Origin: Patescibacteria group bacterium
GTDB taxonomy: Bacteria; Patescibacteriota; Patescibacteriia; 2-01-FULL-39-33
Length of the DNA stretch: 32,000 nt
NCBI GenBank assembly: GCA_041649575.1
Contig: JBAZMW010000003.1
Location: forward strand, 1-32,000
Direction: 5' to 3'
The notes under the pieces are model-generated. The model was not told the DNA's origin and did not search any database. It saw only the letters and a program-made list of their open reading frames with translations. Below are positions 31,716 through 32,000 of the stretch, in pieces (position 1 is the stretch's first letter; each line of letters opens with the position of its first letter). The translations under genes were made by a program, and so were the position numbers.

Positions 31716-32000
31716 TTAATTGCCCCCAAATCTTCTGTTTCTCTTGTTGAATTCCTCGATGGCCGTATCTAAATCTGTTTGGGAAAACTCCGGCCAATGG
31801 CACTTCACAAAAAGCAACTCGCTGTAAACCGACTCCCAAGTCAGGAAGCCGGACAAACGCTGTTCACCGGAGGTGCGAATAATCAAATCCGGATCGGTTT
31901 GGCCAGCGAGCCAAATATTTTGAGAAATCAAATTTTCATCTATCTCTTGAGCCGGCCGACCGGACTGAACTATTTTTTTTACCGCTTCCACAATTTCCAA
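31716..32000 (-). CDS. uppS: Undecaprenyl-diphosphate synthase (isoprenyl transferase), C-terminal part; 5' end lies outside the window
   Basis: DLIIRTSGEQRLSGFLTWESVYSELLF...WPEF. Confidence 0.9.
   Translation of the reverse strand: MEIVEAVKKIVQSGRPAQEIDENLISQNIWLAGQTDPDLIIRTSGEQRLSGFLTWESVYSELLFVKCHWPEFSQTDLDTAIEEFNKRNRRFGGN

Noticed and set aside
15148-31839. Numerous long antisense or off-frame ORFs in the GC-rich segments and inside dnaE, gatB and rarA, for example 12358..12807, 13528..14043, 14698..15063, 29037..29744, 30235..30738, 30631..31272 and 31489..31839
   Set aside because: They overlap confidently identified genes or better-supported same-region ORFs. They are expected by-products of high GC or long genes, and they are Arg/Pro/Gly-rich with no motifs.
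1-32000. Alternative genetic code (UGA recoding, as in some CPR lineages)
   Set aside because: All recognisable housekeeping genes are full length under the standard code, with no in-frame TGA interruptions needed.

Overview
The window looks like an AT-rich, small-gene bacterial genome. The secE-nusG-rplK-rplA, gatB, miaA, dnaE, queH, rarA and uppS genes, plus many tiny membrane or secreted ORFs, suggest a Patescibacteria/CPR-like organism; this is inference only. I found no rRNA, tRNA or CRISPR array. Three regions stand out. (1) Positions 1-3850 form an integron-type cassette array with no integrase in the window. Five cargo cassettes each start with the reverse complement of the inverse-core sequence at their own 3' end. 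Four near-identical copies of a 166-bp, about 70% GC, ORF-less, heavily self-complementary element are interleaved between them. This element obeys the same circular-cassette rule but uses an AAT/ATT triplet instead of AAC/GTT. Cargo is mostly small Cys-rich secreted or membrane proteins, a GNAT acetyltransferase, and one reverse-oriented GC-rich unit. (2) Positions 12.03-15.48 kb are a GC-rich islet bounded by an 18-21 nt direct repeat. It carries a second thymidylate-kinase-like gene, a ThyA/dCMP-hydroxymethylase-superfamily gene and a full-length DnaA. It sits next to the native dCMP deaminase, dNMP-kinase-like gene and tmk. (3) Positions 30.29-31.71 kb are a second GC-rich islet with three small ORFs, near-consensus promoters and strong terminators. 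Smaller oddities are heptad-periodic repeats in the ribosomal-protein spacers, an HtrA-like protein lacking its catalytic His and Ser, and a membrane-tethered D1-only Clp-like ATPase.
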